From Lama glama (Eukaryota), in assembly GCA_028534125.1 (NCBI GenBank), contig CM052819.1:97650001-97714000 (forward strand): a stretch of 64,000 nt of DNA. Direction: 5' to 3'. The position numbers and the translations under genes are program-made. Positions 51,100 through 64,000 of this stretch are shown one piece after another. The notes below the pieces were generated by a model. The model was not told the DNA's origin, did no database searches, and saw only the letters and a program-made list of their open reading frames with translations. Within the stretch, counting starts at the first letter, position 1; every line of letters starts with the position of its first letter.

Positions 51100-51320
51100 T
51101 ACTGAGGTTGAAAATTGGTAGCCTGTGGGCTGTATCTTGCCTGCGAGGTTGGCCCACGCATTGTGGTTGTTATTGTTGTTTCAGATGTGAATTTGTTGCC
51201 AACATTTAAAAATTGGGATCGAATCCAGATTTCTGGCTTCTCTTGGAAAACAGGAGGAGGTGGCAGTGCTGAGACCGAGCTGTGAGCTGCTGTCCCCGTT
51301 AGATGGGACACTTCATGCTC
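51100..51320. mobile_element. MER102/Charlie-like hAT DNA transposon relic
   Basis: gttgccaacatttaaaaattggga and atccagatttctggcttctcttggaaaa. Confidence 0.55.
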
Positions 51321-52564
51321 TCCTGGGCTACCACGGTCCTAGAAGCTGCTCCCTTCTGCCTCAGCTCTTCTGACGAACTGCTATCAGTTGTTGTTTTTGT
51401 TTACCATGATCACGCTATTCTAGTTCGTACAACAGAGATAAGAGGACAAAAATAATTCTTTTGCCCATATCTCTATTCACAAGTGGGAAAAATAAAAACT
51501 GGACCAAGGATGCTATGTTTCAAGACAGTGGGAGAAAGCATTTTGTGTGTGTATAGAAGGGAGGAATATTCTTCTATATTTAATATTCATGGTGTGTCTG
51601 AGTTGAGAGGCTACAACCTAAGATGCTCATAATCATTGACGTAGATGGTTTATTATTTTGCCCACATTTTTTAATTCTGGAATTCTAAACAATCACTTTG
51701 ATAATTAGATGCACTGATATTTACTAGGTATGGAATGTGCAAAGGTACTGGGGCACAGTGGTAAGCAAGGCAGACGTGTTTCCTGCCTTCGAGGGGCTGA
51801 CAGTCAGCCTGTGTGGATGCCACAGGCCCCTCACTCAGCATGACCCTGAGTGCATTTCTTCTTCCCACCTCCTCCAGTCAGCTCAGTGTCCACGATCAAA
51901 GTCACCCATCATCTGATTAGCACTTAATTCCCTTTGGTCATGTCATGTTAATATGTCCTCAGGCATAATACCAGGGATTAGGACCCTGACATCTTTGGGG
52001 TTTATTTTTCTGCCTACTGTAATAGCTGCTTGCTAAATAGATTAATTTATTACCACCTACCAATTTGTGGATAACACTTGGGCTCCAAGCTTGGAGGTTG
52101 TAGGACTAATAATTATGTCAGATTTCATTTTTTTTTTTTAAACTGCTTTCCTCCATCTTTCTTACTCTGGCTGGTGTTGCTCACCGACTCACAAACACGT
52201 GGCCACATTTGCATTTCCCGACTGTTCTAGCGGAGCCTGCCTGGAATGACGTCTTCCACCGTCTCCCAACCCTGGTTTCCTTCACTTCCAAGTTTCAGCG
52301 TTGGTCCCACTTTTCCCAGAAACTGGTTTGTTCCGCCCTCCTTGCTGTCTGTCTTCTCTGAAATCATGTAGCTTTTTCAGTCTGCTGCAATTACTTATAT
52401 CACGTTCTATAAATATTTACTTATCGATTGCGTGAGTTTTGGCAGAAAGCTTTACGAGTTGGTTCAAAGTGGCTCTTAAACAGTTCATTTTCTTTCAGAA
52501 GCAAAATGTTATTCCACTGTTTCAAGTACTTACCTGAAATGTTGTATGGTTTTCTTTATTTCAG

Positions 52565-52620
52565 AGACTTGAAGATAGAAAACTTGCTGCTAGATGAAGA
52601 CAATAATATCAAGCTGATCG
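52565..52620 (+). CDS. HUNK: HUNK coding exon 3 (R)DLKIENLLLDEDNNIKLI(D)
   Basis: Acceptor tttattttcag|A, donor G|gtatga; 56 nt. Completes the HRDLKxEN loop in frame with exon 2. Confidence 0.96.
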
Positions 52621-55600
52621 GTATGACTTTTTTTTCCTTAAGCAAGATTATCCTTCAAGTGGTGTGTTGTCAGTTCTCAATTATTTATTTTCTGACTTTG
52701 AAAATTATCATGGTCTATTTCTAATCCCCAAACAATACTTCTAGAGTATCACCTTTTACCTTCAATATTTAATAATAGTTTTGAAAATGAAAATTAATTT
52801 TAATAATAATTGAAACATAAAACTAGTTCTTAGGATTATTCAAACTTCTGCTTCTCCATTAATTCAGGTGGAGCTGAACTTTTCTAGGGGCTCTGTTCAT
52901 TTGAATTCACCAGAAAGCTTCTTAAAAATAGTGGAACATTGTTTGATTCAGAAATGCTGCCCTTAGCTTGACCACGCCTATTCCTCTTCTCAATGAATGC
53001 AGAGGCACTGAAATAAGAGGAACGTGACTTGCTTTCTCTTTTTAATCCCTTTATCCCAGCCCTGTAGTACACTGGTGGTCGTGCAGAGAGAAACCCCCAC
53101 GGAGGGCTACTTAGAGGTCTGTGCCAATCAGAAGGAGGGAGGTTCTGGAATGGAGTGAGTCACCATCGGTTTACAATTCAGGGTCCATATGCGAATTCAC
53201 ACTCACTGTTTGGAAGAGTCATGTTTCTGTTTGCCTGCATGTTTGCAGGGCATCATTTTTATACCCAGATGTGAGCACCGTCTTTTACTCCTTTTTTTCT
53301 TTTCCCACCTAAAATGCAAGTAGTTTCTTCCACCTTGATCTACTTCAAACAACTTTATATTAGGAGTAAAGAGAAGACTCATAGAACTTTGTGAATTTAA
53401 CATTCATACCCAAGAAGGAAATTTTGCTTGGCAAATACTGAAAACCATCTCAAGACTTTCTAAAACATATCATTCAGATGACCAGTTATATTCTTTGGAA
53501 TCCCAGTTGGCTTCCAACCCAGAAACAGGCAAGGTGCTGCACGGACACCAGACCCCTTGGCTGGGTGATTAAGCACCATTGACAGGTGTTGATAAACGCA
53601 CTCGTTATTAGAAGATTAATAAGAGGAAACTGATTCCTGCCCCCCCAAAGGTTTTATAGGATGTATTCTTAAAAGATTCTTGGGCGATTTGAAGAGTTTT
53701 GTTTTTTTTTATCAGATTGTTTTGCTATCGCATTTTCGTTGTCCTGAGGGCAAAATACAGCAGCATTCAAGGCAGACGTTGAAATGCCTGTAGGATGTCT
53801 TTCTGGCCGTTGTTTCCAGGATCTGTGGCATAAACAAAGGCACGTCCTAGTCCGGGGGTGAGGGATGGAGGAAAGGAGTTTGTTTTGTAAGTTCCCTGGC
53901 AGGCTGCTGTGGAACTTGCCTTCAGATAATGTGGTGGTGACAGTGACAGGGTTTCCCTAAAGCAGCAGAGATTGTAAGAGAACAGGCTGTGTGAAGGCCG
54001 GATGCACATTCCAGTACGAGTTAGAATAATTCGTTTCCCTGTGCGTCGTCTAGATGGAGGCTGGTAATTCTAGCAAACTGCAGACCTTGGGGGGTGGTCT
54101 CCATTCCCGCTCAGCATCCCGCATCTTCCTCTCACTTTGCCTCCCTCTCTGCCTCTGTCCTTGCTCTCTCTTCTCTTTCTTCAAGCCTTAGGTGACCATT
54201 TATAAGAGCAGGTGTGTCCGAAGGAATAAACGATGTTGAAAAGCTCAGACATTTTCACTGCTGAGAAGATTCTGAAAGAACCAATCTCTGTAAATAGCGG
54301 ATGCATTTATAAGTAGCTCAGAGATTAGTTGCCTAATAAACCCTCTTAGAGGAGACCTGCGCAAAGAAGATGAGGGAAGGATAGACCTGAATTAGAGCCC
54401 ACGGTTCCCCTGGAGGTGAGTGGGGGGACCCTTTAGATACCAGGAACCATTTTATTCAAGTGCCTCCGAGTTGTCACCTCTTAGCTTGGCAGCCACTGGA
54501 CTGGCACCCACATAGGCATCGCAGCTCATCTGGACAAAATGTCAGAAACCAGGTGTCAGAAACCTGAATTCCCAAAACTGCTGGGAAGGAGGCTCCGATC
54601 CCTGGATGTCCCTTTGTTAGAACTTTTCACTTGGCGCCCAGTTCTCTCCTGACCAGCTCAAACCCAAGAGCACTAAGGCACAACTCAATGGAAAGAGACA
54701 TTCTGCCATCCCGGAGGGCAGCTGCGAACTGCCTTTAGTTTAGTAGAATCTGCATTTCCTCATTTTTTCTTACAGAGCAGGCTGGAGGAGGGAAGGAATA
54801 GTGCTGGAGGCAAGGAAGGCCCAGTGTCTTGCGGGCTTTCTTGTCCCTGGGTTGGGCAATTTGGAGCAAATGCCTCCACAACTGTCTCTGCAACTTGAAA
54901 GCCCTTTGAACCTTTTCTTCAAAGGGATTACCTAGTTGTTTATTCAAAGGTTAATTATAGCTATTAGCATTTTCTTTTAATAGTTTCTCTTTCTTTGAAA
55001 TAATTTGATTTAAATAAATTTACTTAAGCCATGTAAGCCGTGTTTCAAGTTAACTAGAATTAACCAGAATAAGATTTGATATAATCAGGGTTCCCTCTCC
55101 TTAAAAAAAAAAAAAAAGCAGGCTGATGTTTTTAGTTTAGTATAATCTTAAAATATAAGAGCCACAGCTTACAACAGTTTTGCACTTCAGTTTTCCAAAA
55201 CAGCGTTCGTTGGGGTGTTTTTTGAGATTCATTTTGTAGCTCTCAGAAAATTGACTGATAATTGGTTTATGTGTTTACCAAATCTAATTGAGGCAGACCA
55301 GTGTGGCATTATGGGGAGGCGAACTTCTCCCTCATTCCACAATTCTAATTATAGGCATATGTGTAAAACTTTAATGCTTACAATTAAGCATGTGAAACAT
55401 ACCAGTTATTCCTCTACAGTGTATTTTAAATTAAGCCCTTTTGGCTGGGTCAACAGAAGTCACTTAGAATGTAGATTTTTATCTTCTTCATTCCCCAGGT
55501 CCTCGGCTAATTTATCTTCTTGAAACTGTGCTTAAGACAAGGCAAGACGCTGTGTTCGCGAGCTTGCCTGGGAGCCGGGGGTGATCGGGCCTCTTATCTC

Positions 55601-57544
55601 TCCTCCCCTGCCCTTTTGTAAAATCAAGCGCCTTGTCGCTTTGTCGTACACCCAAGTCAAAAGTTGAGGGAAGAAACTGAAGGAGTGAATGGAACCCCAT
55701 GGAGGTTAGGAAGGGAGGTTTTTAGGGGCTCCTAGGAGATTGGGCTCTAAATCACTGTTTATGAAATTTTCCTTAAAATGTTGCCCCAGTTAATATAATC
55801 TTTATTCCTTGATGCCATGTCTCCATCTCACCATAGTGGGCGCTCTTTACGCATTGGCTGTTTCCTTCAGTTTCCTTTAGGAATTGTAAAGGGCCATTCA
55901 ATGTAAAGCTCAACAAGGTTTTTCTACTTACGACCACACCCTTCTCCCACTTCCGTGATACTACGGGGTGGGGCCTGAGATCAGGGGCCCTCAGATCCTT
56001 TTGAACAGCAATCTCCTCCTAAAATACAAATCCAAGAGAGCCTTGGGGCTCATGAAGGGCCTTTTTGGCAGGTTGTGTGGGGCCTACCTGATGGTGCTGA
56101 CTGGGCTGATGGGAAAGGAAACGGGGGCCAGGTGAGGGTGGGAGTGGAAGAACTGGGAGCAGAGGAAGAGAGGAGGAGGGAGGTTAAGAGGCAAAAATAA
56201 AATCATACACCCCCTCCCCTCCAACCCCAACCCCAAAAGAAAAGTTAAGTGTGTGAACAGGCAGCATTCCTGGTTGGTTTGCCAGTCCCTGTTTTGGCTC
56301 TGATTCTTCGTTCCAAGTATGGGGTTGCGTTTGGAAACGCTCTTTCACCATACAGCTTAACCCAACGACTGTCGGGGGGGCTTTTAGTGTTGCATCTTGT
56401 AACTTCGTGGACTCACAGCTCTACCCGCCGGCCCACCGACGTTTCTCCTTTCCTGAGCTTTCCCAAGAGCCACGGCTTTGCAGGTGGAGACGTGTTAGAG
56501 TCGAGGAGAAAAACACAGTAACAAAATTAGATGTAAATCCTGCCAGTTGAGAAAGTGCGAGGGTTTTGTCCAGACGTGAAGCCTGTCTTTTGACCATAGC
56601 CCCTTTCTGACTGAGCCCTGTGGGCCGAGTCTTCTGTTTGGGGACCAGAACCATAATATTTACATTGAAGTTCAAAGGAGGAGCCCTGGTCTTAATTCTG
56701 AAATCAACAGAGATAGAGGAAAGCTATCAGATGAGGCCCTGACACTAACAGCTCTCTAATTACCTGTCAGTTGCCGTGTCTGTAAGAGCAGAAGTAAACA
56801 CAGCACAAAAGGCGTAATGGACGCTTTAGGTGCCCTGGGCTCGTCTTTCTTCTTCCCTGCTGCCAGGATCAAAGCAGTGCTGGGAGGTCACTTAGTCTGG
56901 TTCTCATTGCTGTCTTTCTGGCGTTATTTTTCCAGCCAACATTCAGCATTGTCTGAATCGCTGGGTGTATTTTTTCCCCCTCTTCAAATCACCATATGTT
57001 GCCGCATGCGTTGGGAGCATTTTTAAGAGACTTGCATGAAATGAAAACATTCAGCCGCAAAAGTCACCTCTTAACTGGTAGGATCGCGTGTCACCTGGGA
57101 TGACGCTAGTGCCAGCCAGAGAAAATCGATCTTCCTTCATCTTTTTCCCACTTGGCCACTTGGAAGCCAGCAGGCTGACTCCAAGGACTTCTGCGTGTTC
57201 TCTCTTTCTGCCTTAGTCCTCGAAAGCGAAGCCTGTCTTTTTTCTGGATGACTCATTTCCAAGATTTTATGAAAATATGTTTTGGTTCAACATACGTTTT
57301 AGCTCGAGTTGGATTTTCCTGGGAGGCCTGATGGAAACTGTTTCCAGTTCAGCGAGGGAACCACTGCCTGACATTCTTTTGTCTTGAGACCCATATCCAG
57401 AGGTTATGATTCCCAGCTGCTGGTTTTCCTTTTGGATGTGAAACGATGTGTTAGCCTGAGAATGTTTCCTGCCCCTCTGCCTCACCCTCTCCTTCACTTC
57501 CACAGTTTTCTAATTCAGAGCCTTTTTTCCTCCCCTCTTTGCAG

Positions 57545-57680
57545 ACTTTGGTTTGAGCAACTGTGCCGGGATCCTGGGCCACTCCGACCCGTTCAGCACG
57601 CAGTGTGGCAGCCCCGCCTACGCCGCTCCCGAACTCCTTGCCAGGAAGAAATATGGCCCCAAAATCGATGTCTGGTCCAT
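57545..57680 (+). CDS. HUNK: HUNK coding exon 4 (DFG, activation loop, APE, DVWS)
   Basis: Acceptor ctctttgcag|AC. Encodes (D)[44 protein letters not shown](I). Donor AT|gtgagt; 136 nt, phase matches exon 3. Confidence 0.96.
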
Positions 57681-58164
57681 GTGAGTTACTGAGCTTCTGA
57701 GAGTGAATTCTCCCTCCTGCTGTCTCCACCGTCTTCTTCTTATGCAACAACATTTGAGTGTTTGATGAGAATGAGTTATAGGCTCTGGGATGCGTATCCA
57801 GTGATTCTTTGGGGTCCCACTTTCCATCTCTGTTCTTTCTGTCTTTTATCCACAAATTGCCCAAGAGGCTTTTATTAAAATTTGTTAAGGTACCCGGGGA
57901 GAAGCAAACATTGCCCTGCACCCGCCGAGATCATGTGCTAGTTTCATGCATCACTCATATCCTTCCCCGGATCAAAGTCTCCCAAAGGTTTCCATCAACA
58001 TCAGTGTCAAACCCAGACTCGGTGCCCAGCCATGCTCCTCGCAGGTCTGGCTTTTGCCCACCTCTCCTGCCTCTTCACCCACCACCCCACCCTCAGCTCC
58101 CGGTTCTTCAGACACATTGGCCTGTTTTATCTTCTCTACTTCTGGTCTATGCACTTGCTATTTC

Positions 58165-58430
58165 TTTTCTTTTATTGAAATATAGTTGATGTTATATTAG
58201 TTTCAGGTGTACAACATAGCGATGTGACATTTATATATATTATGAATTGATCCCCACAATAAGTCTGGTCACCACCTGTCACCATACAAAGTTATTGCAA
58301 TGTGATTGACTATATTCCCCATGCTGTACATTACATTCCTGTGACTTACTTATTTTAGAATTAGAAGTTTGGACCTCCTAGTCCCCTTCACCTATTTTGC
58401 CCCACCTCCCACCCCCCTTCCCTCTGGCAA
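58165..58430 (-). mobile_element. L1 3' end
   Basis: tttattgaaatatagttgat, caccatacaaagttattgcaat, ccccttcacctattttgccc. Confidence 0.8.
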
Positions 58431-58584
58431 GCACTCTCTATTTCTTTTGCCTGAAATGCCATTTCCTGGTCATTCAAATGGCCTGTCCAGTCCCACGTTC
58501 TGGTGTTAATCCAGTTTCACTATGCAGGGTCCATCTCTTGTTGTTCCAGGGATTTCTCAGCACCCAGCATAGAGCCTTGGCTGG

Positions 58585-58670
58585 AGAGGAAGGAAGTAAT
58601 GAAGGAAGGAGGGAAGGAAGGAAGGGAGGAAAGAAGGGAGGAAGAGAATGGAGGAAGGGAAGGAGGGACA
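58585..58670. repeat. (GGAA)n-like purine-rich simple repeat
   Basis: Seen directly; probably derived from an L2 tail. Confidence 0.75.
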
Positions 58671-60868
58671 GGCATTTGGTCCAGGTGAGCTGAAGCCGGA
58701 GGATCTGGGCTAAAGTTGGCAGAGGAAGCAAAGGAAAGTGACCCAGTGAGGGGACTTCAGGAAGTTCTGGTTGGAGATTATTCAGAGGAACCAGAGACAA
58801 GAATGTGATTCTGAGGGCACCAGAATTCTTGGAACTTTCCCAGAAAGGACCAGCTCTCCCTGGCACCCCAGCTTAGCCTGTTCAGCCAGGGGCTGAAGTG
58901 GGTTAGTCAGGGACAGCTGCTGAGTGCATGGAGTTAACTGTCCCCCGTGGTCCTCAGGACAGAGTGTGAGGCCATCTCAGCATGCTTTACACAGATGGGG
59001 GATGCTCAGTGGTTAGTGCAGCCCCGGGACACACAGCCTGCACAGGGTGGAGCTGTGCTTTGTACTTGAGTCTGAGCTCCTGGTTTCTTTTCCTACCTCT
59101 TGAGAGGAGGTGTAGTGGAGGCTGCATATGGAGTGTGTGGGTGCTGATGACTTGTGCAGGAAGGGGGACGGGGGTCGCCGGGGTGGGTGGGAGTGGTAGC
59201 AGAGAGCAGCGGCAGAGGACACCTTCTCTTTTGAGGTGCCCTGGGTGGCTTGGATGGCATCGCTAATCACAGAGTTTTTATACGGTGCCCAGATGGGCCT
59301 CAGAATCCTTCTCAACATAGCCCTCCAGACAGCCGACACCAATGGATTAGAGTCAACATACAGGTGGAATCCATTCTTGGTCTCATAAGTGTCTGGCACA
59401 TAATCTGTTCTCAATAAATATTTATTTATTCATGAATGAATAGAACTGTTTTGAGTCTATAATCACCTTCTTCCCTTAGGCATAACTTATTTATGCTAAA
59501 TGGGAAACTCTGAAAGGGAAAATTTATGTGCCAAAAAGAAGGCTATGGAGAATGGGGCATCTGAAAGACCAGGAAGTTCAGGGGTGACTCATAACTATGG
59601 CAACAGGGAACAGGGTGGGCGGCATAGTGATCAAAGGGAAAGAAAGGTCGGTAGGTTGGAGAGGAGGTTACAGTGTGCTCCTGAGATCCTGCTCTTGAGG
59701 AGAATGGACAATACAGTGTCATCACCGGTTGTCATGGTGATGAGACTCAGCCTGTGTAAGGGGGACCTTTCCAGTCCATGGCTGATACAGCAGGCATCTC
59801 CGAAAAGTCTACAGCTGCTGGTAGAAGGAAGGAGCGTGTGAATCGTCAGAGCTGCAGGAGAGCACCTGGCCTTGTAACCAACACTGAGGCCTTTACTAAC
59901 CTCCACTTAATTGCATTTTTTTTAAGAAGGTGACTTGCAGCTGAAGATCTCCTGAAAGCTCTAATCAGGCCTCATTCTTAGTCATGATGCCATCAAGTAA
60001 TGTATGCAAAAGCCTTTGATACACAGTAATGCACTGTACACACTCTGGTTCTTCAGTTCATCGCGGCAAAACTCTGGAGTCCCACGTGGGATTTCCAGGT
60101 AGACCGGAAACCACAGCCCCAACAGTCCCTGTTTGGGTGCCCTGTGGCAGGGAGTTGGGGTGGAGAGTTTTACCCTTGCTTAGCCACAAAGGACCATGTT
60201 TTAATCTTTCTTAGAAATGAGGTTTGCCCGGAGCAACCCTGTGTTAGCCGACTCCATCCTAGGGGGTGAGACCCCATGACCCACACCTAATTCATGGGGA
60301 TGATATAAACTAGGCCCTTTTTAGAAGCTGTTGATGAAGCTTAAAAAAAACAAAAGGAAGCTGCATGAGCCAAATGTTGGCTTACTAGAAATTTGTTCAT
60401 TCGGCAAATATTTGTGGAGCCAGGCGCTGAGCCGAGTTCTGAATGCACAATGGTGAGTAAGACAGCCTCGGTCTGTTCTGCTCCTGTGATGATCATTGTT
60501 AACCCTCACACCCTCCGACGGAGTGATGGGCAGTGTCCTAAGGGCTTTGCATGTTTCAGCTCATCTCACCTGCCTAACAATGCTTCGAGGGAATGCTCTG
60601 TTGTCCCACTTTACAGATGAGGACACTGATGCCCGTGCCCAGATAATACAGCTGGTGTGTGATAGAGCCAGGACTCATCCAGCTGGTTGGGCTCGAGTCT
60701 GCCTCGTCACCCTCTGCTGCTGCTCCTGTGTTGTCCTTCTTCTTGGAGGGTTTACATTTTAGTGGGGCAGACAGACACAAATTTTTTTTTTAAGTTGTAA
60801 ATTCAGTGTGGTCACTGCTGTGGAGGAAGTTGGTGATGGGGGATGCAGGGAACGAGGATGGGGTGGCC

Positions 60869-61565
60869 TTTTTTTATTGAAGTATAGTTGATTTACAAGG
60901 TTGTGTTAGTTTCTGGTGTACATCAAAGTGATTCAGTTATACATATATATATATTCTTTCTCATATTAAGTTATTACAAGATATTGAATATAGTTCCCTG
61001 TCCTATAGAGTAGGACCTTGTTGTTTACCTATTTTATGTACAGTAGTTTATATCTGCTAATCCCAGACTCCTAATTTATCCCTGCCCCCTTTCCCTTTAG
61101 TAACCATAAGTTTGTTCTCTATGTTTATGAGTCTCTTTTGTGTTCATTTGTGTCATCTTTTTAGATTCCACATATAGGTGATATCATATGATATGTGTCT
61201 TTCTCTAACTTATTTCACTCAGNNNNNNNNNNNNNNNNNNNNNNNNNNNNNNNNNNNNNNNNNNNNNNNNNNNNNNNNNNNNNNNNNNNNNNNNNNNNNN
61301 NNNNNNNNNNNNNNNNNNNNNNNNNNNNNNNNNNNNNNNNNNNNNNNNNNNNNNNNNNNNNNNNNNNNNNNNNNNNNNNNNNNNNNNNNNNNNNNNNNNN
61401 NNNNNNNNNNNNNNNNNNNNNNNNNNNNNGCGCATATATCTTTTCAAATTAGAGTTCTCTCCAGATATATGCCCAGGAGTAGGATGGCTGGATCATATGG
61501 TAAATCTATTTTTAGTTTTTTAAGGAATCTCTGTACTGTTTTCCATAGTGGCTGCACCAAATTAC
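60869..61565 (-). mobile_element. Artiodactyl-type L1 3' end containing a 207-N gap (61223-61429)
   Basis: tttattgaagtatagttgatttacaagg, ttagattccacatataggtgata, tttccatagtggctgcaccaaattacatt. Confidence 0.88.
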
Positions 61566-61777
61566 ATTTGGGGGAGGCCTCTTGAGAAGACCTCAATGTC
61601 AAATCCTAAGGATGAGGAGGACTCAGCTATGGGAGGAGGGAGGTGTTGGGGGGAAGGCTCTAGGCAGACGGAACAGGATGTGTGGAGGCTGTGGATGGAA
61701 GGGAAGGTGTGGGTTTGGACTTTGTCCTAAAGGGAATGAGAGGCCATTGGATGCTCGTAAGCAGGTGGGTAACAAAA

Positions 61778-62175
61778 TGTTATGGATTTGATTGTGTTCT
61801 TCAGAAAAAGATATGTTGGAACTCTAAACCCCAGTCCCTCAGAATGTGACCTTACTTGGAAACAGGGTCTTTAATTAATTAAACGAGGTCATGAGGGTGA
61901 ACCCTAGTCCAGCATGACTGTGTCCTTTTATAAAGAGGAAGTTTGGACACAGAGAGACCCAGGGAGAAGGCCATGTGAAGATGAAGGCAGGAATCAGATG
62001 ACGCATCTCCAAACCAAGGAGCCAGAGATGGCCAGCAGCCTGCCAGAAGCTTGGGGACCAGCATGGACAGAGTCTCCCTCATGGCCTCAGGAAAACCAAC
62101 CCTGCCAACACCTGCTTCTCAGACTTTGAGCCTCCAGCACTGCGAGGTGATGCATTTCTGTTGTTTAAGCTCCGT
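61778..62175 (+). mobile_element. MLT1C-like solo LTR
   Basis: tgttatggatttgattgtgt, cagaatgtgaccttacttggaaacagggtctt, ttctgttgtttaagc. Confidence 0.82.
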
Positions 62176-62695
62176 GATCTCAGGAAAGGTCCAAGGGGAG
62201 TAAAAACTCACCACGCCAGATCCCAAGAGCCATTCTCCTTCCCAGGGTAAATGAAATATTTCCTTTACTGAATCAAGTTCGCTAACTGACAGATGAAATG
62301 GACTAACTGAAGTCTTCATCATCCTTCTCCCAACAGTGGAGTGTAAGTCTCCGTCAGTCCTCCCGACAGAGGTCACTCCATGGTCAGATCAATAAACCAC
62401 AGACTCAGTCCTGGCTGTCCCCAGTAGGCCATACATTATTGGCTGCATGAAAACCAGAAGCACAAGAAAACCACAAGTAAGTAGAACTTCATTCACATGA
62501 TGCTGGAAGAGTCCCTGGAGTAAGAGAGGACAAGCCTTGGTGCATAAGCACTTTTCAAGAGGCCTCTGTGTCACATTTGCTCACGTCTCTTTGGGTGAAG
62601 CAGATCGCATGGCGGAGCCCAGCATCAGGACGAGAGGTAGACTCCACCCCTTGATGGAGGGAGTGGCAAGACATCCATGGCTTATTTTCCCCCTT

Positions 62696-62768
62696 AACGG
62701 AGGCACTGGGGATGGAACCCAGGCCCTCGTGCATGCTAAGCATGTGCTCTACCACTGAGCTATTACCC
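62696..62768 (-). mobile_element. tRNA-Ala-derived SINE (Vic-1-like), 5' end running into gap 62769-62932
   Basis: Reverse complement reads tagctcagtggtagagcacatgcttagcatgcacgagggcctgggttccatcccc. Confidence 0.85.
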
Positions 62769-62932
62769 NNNNNNNNNNNNNNNNNNNNNNNNNNNNNNNN
62801 NNNNNNNNNNNNNNNNNNNNNNNNNNNNNNNNNNNNNNNNNNNNNNNNNNNNNNNNNNNNNNNNNNNNNNNNNNNNNNNNNNNNNNNNNNNNNNNNNNNN
62901 NNNNNNNNNNNNNNNNNNNNNNNNNNNNNNNN

Positions 62933-63176
62933 GAAGCCTTCATGATGGGATTAGTGTTCTTATAAGAAGAGGCTTCAGAGAGCTTGCTCACTGTCTGACA
63001 TGTGAGGACACAGGGAGAAGGCGGCTGCCTACAAGCCCGGAAAAGAGACCTTACCAGGACCTGGCCATGCTGGCACCCTGATTTCCAGCATCCAGAACTG
63101 TGAGAAAATAAATTTCTGATGGTTAAACTACCCTGTCTGTGGCATTTTATTGTGGCAGCCTGAGTTGACCAAGATA
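62933..63176 (+). mobile_element. MLT1A-like LTR 3' half
   Basis: gatgggattagtgttcttataagaagagg, ccagaactgtgagaaaataaatttctg, gcagcctgagttgaccaagata. Confidence 0.82.
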
Positions 63177-64000
63177 CCTGCTTGCAGGTAGATGACCTGT
63201 AAGTCTCACCTGAAAACAAAGCGGGGATGTCAGGAGGCACGGTGCAGAGAACAAACAAAGCCCCCAGCTAGCTTAAATTCAAGAAGGATCAGAAGAGAGT
63301 TGAATCTGCTCCTGAGGGGTGAGGTGGACTTTTCCAGGTGGACAACAGGAAAGGAAACTTTCCAGGCAGAGGGAACAGCCTATGCAAAGTCAAGATGTGA
63401 AAAATCTGTTTCCTCTTGCTCTTCATCTTGGAGAAAACAAAACTTCAGAGCCTTCTTTAAGAATTCAATTTTCCACCAGTTTGGGGTGTTATGTCTGAGA
63501 AACTGGTCGGGTCTGTGTCTGGAAAACTGGTTAGGTTTCTCTTTGGTGCCCACGACTTTGCTGGCAGGAATGGAAACGGAAAACCCAAAAAGAATTTAAT
63601 TTTAAAGGCTGTTTAAAAAGAGAATGAAAGTGGACCGGTTTTCTCCCTGGGTCAGGCACTGTTGTTTTAAAACATCCCTTTTTATTGCTCTGAAACAACG
63701 ACAGAATGAAGGGTTCACTTCCAAAATCAAAAGCAAACTCTTGTCTCCAGAAATTTTTTTTGGACCTTGGCAGACAAATGGGCCTTTCTTCAAGACTTCC
63801 GAGACTGACTTAGGAAGAAAACCAGCTTGTCATTCAAGGAAACCTTGCTAAAGAAAGCTCCTCCCCACAAATGGGGCCCCCAAGACCCTCCTCATCTAGT
63901 GAATCAGGAAATGGAAAATGGCACCTGCTATCCTGAGGGTTTCCCATTATTTTCAGTGGTCATTGTTTTCATATTTGGAATCATATATGAATGTTTTTAC

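Noticed and set aside
52428-52724. 98-aa ORF containing RDLKIEN
   Set aside because: Only 52565-52620 is exon; the flanks are intronic sequence open by chance.
57681-64000. Search for HUNK exon 5 (GVNMYAMLTG...)
   Set aside because: No matching coding sequence was seen; it presumably lies beyond the window.

Overview
Mammalian genomic DNA, most likely camelid: it has tRNA-Ala-derived SINEs resembling Vic-1 and artiodactyl-type L1 3' ends, and I saw no Alu, Bov-tA or PRE-1. It carries the 5' part of HUNK (AMPK-related Ser/Thr kinase) on the + strand. This comprises a CpG-island promoter, coding exon 1 (ATG at 1375, mostly hidden by an N gap), exon 2 (39400-39692), exon 3 (52565-52620) and exon 4 (57545-57680). 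The visible splice sites are canonical GT-AG and in phase, and the gene continues past the window end. The rest is intronic, dominated by MLT1 solo LTRs, L1 3' fragments, MIR/L2 relics, five tRNA-derived SINEs, one ERV1-like solo LTR, microsatellites and a G-rich minisatellite. I found no convincing novel multi-gene system. The best leads are a His in the kinase activation loop where I recall Tyr in human, an intact sense-oriented ERV1-like LTR in intron 2, and several unusual retrotransposition events. Repeat family names and human comparisons come from memory of consensus sequences, not a search. Repeat boundaries without target-site duplications (TSDs) are approximate.
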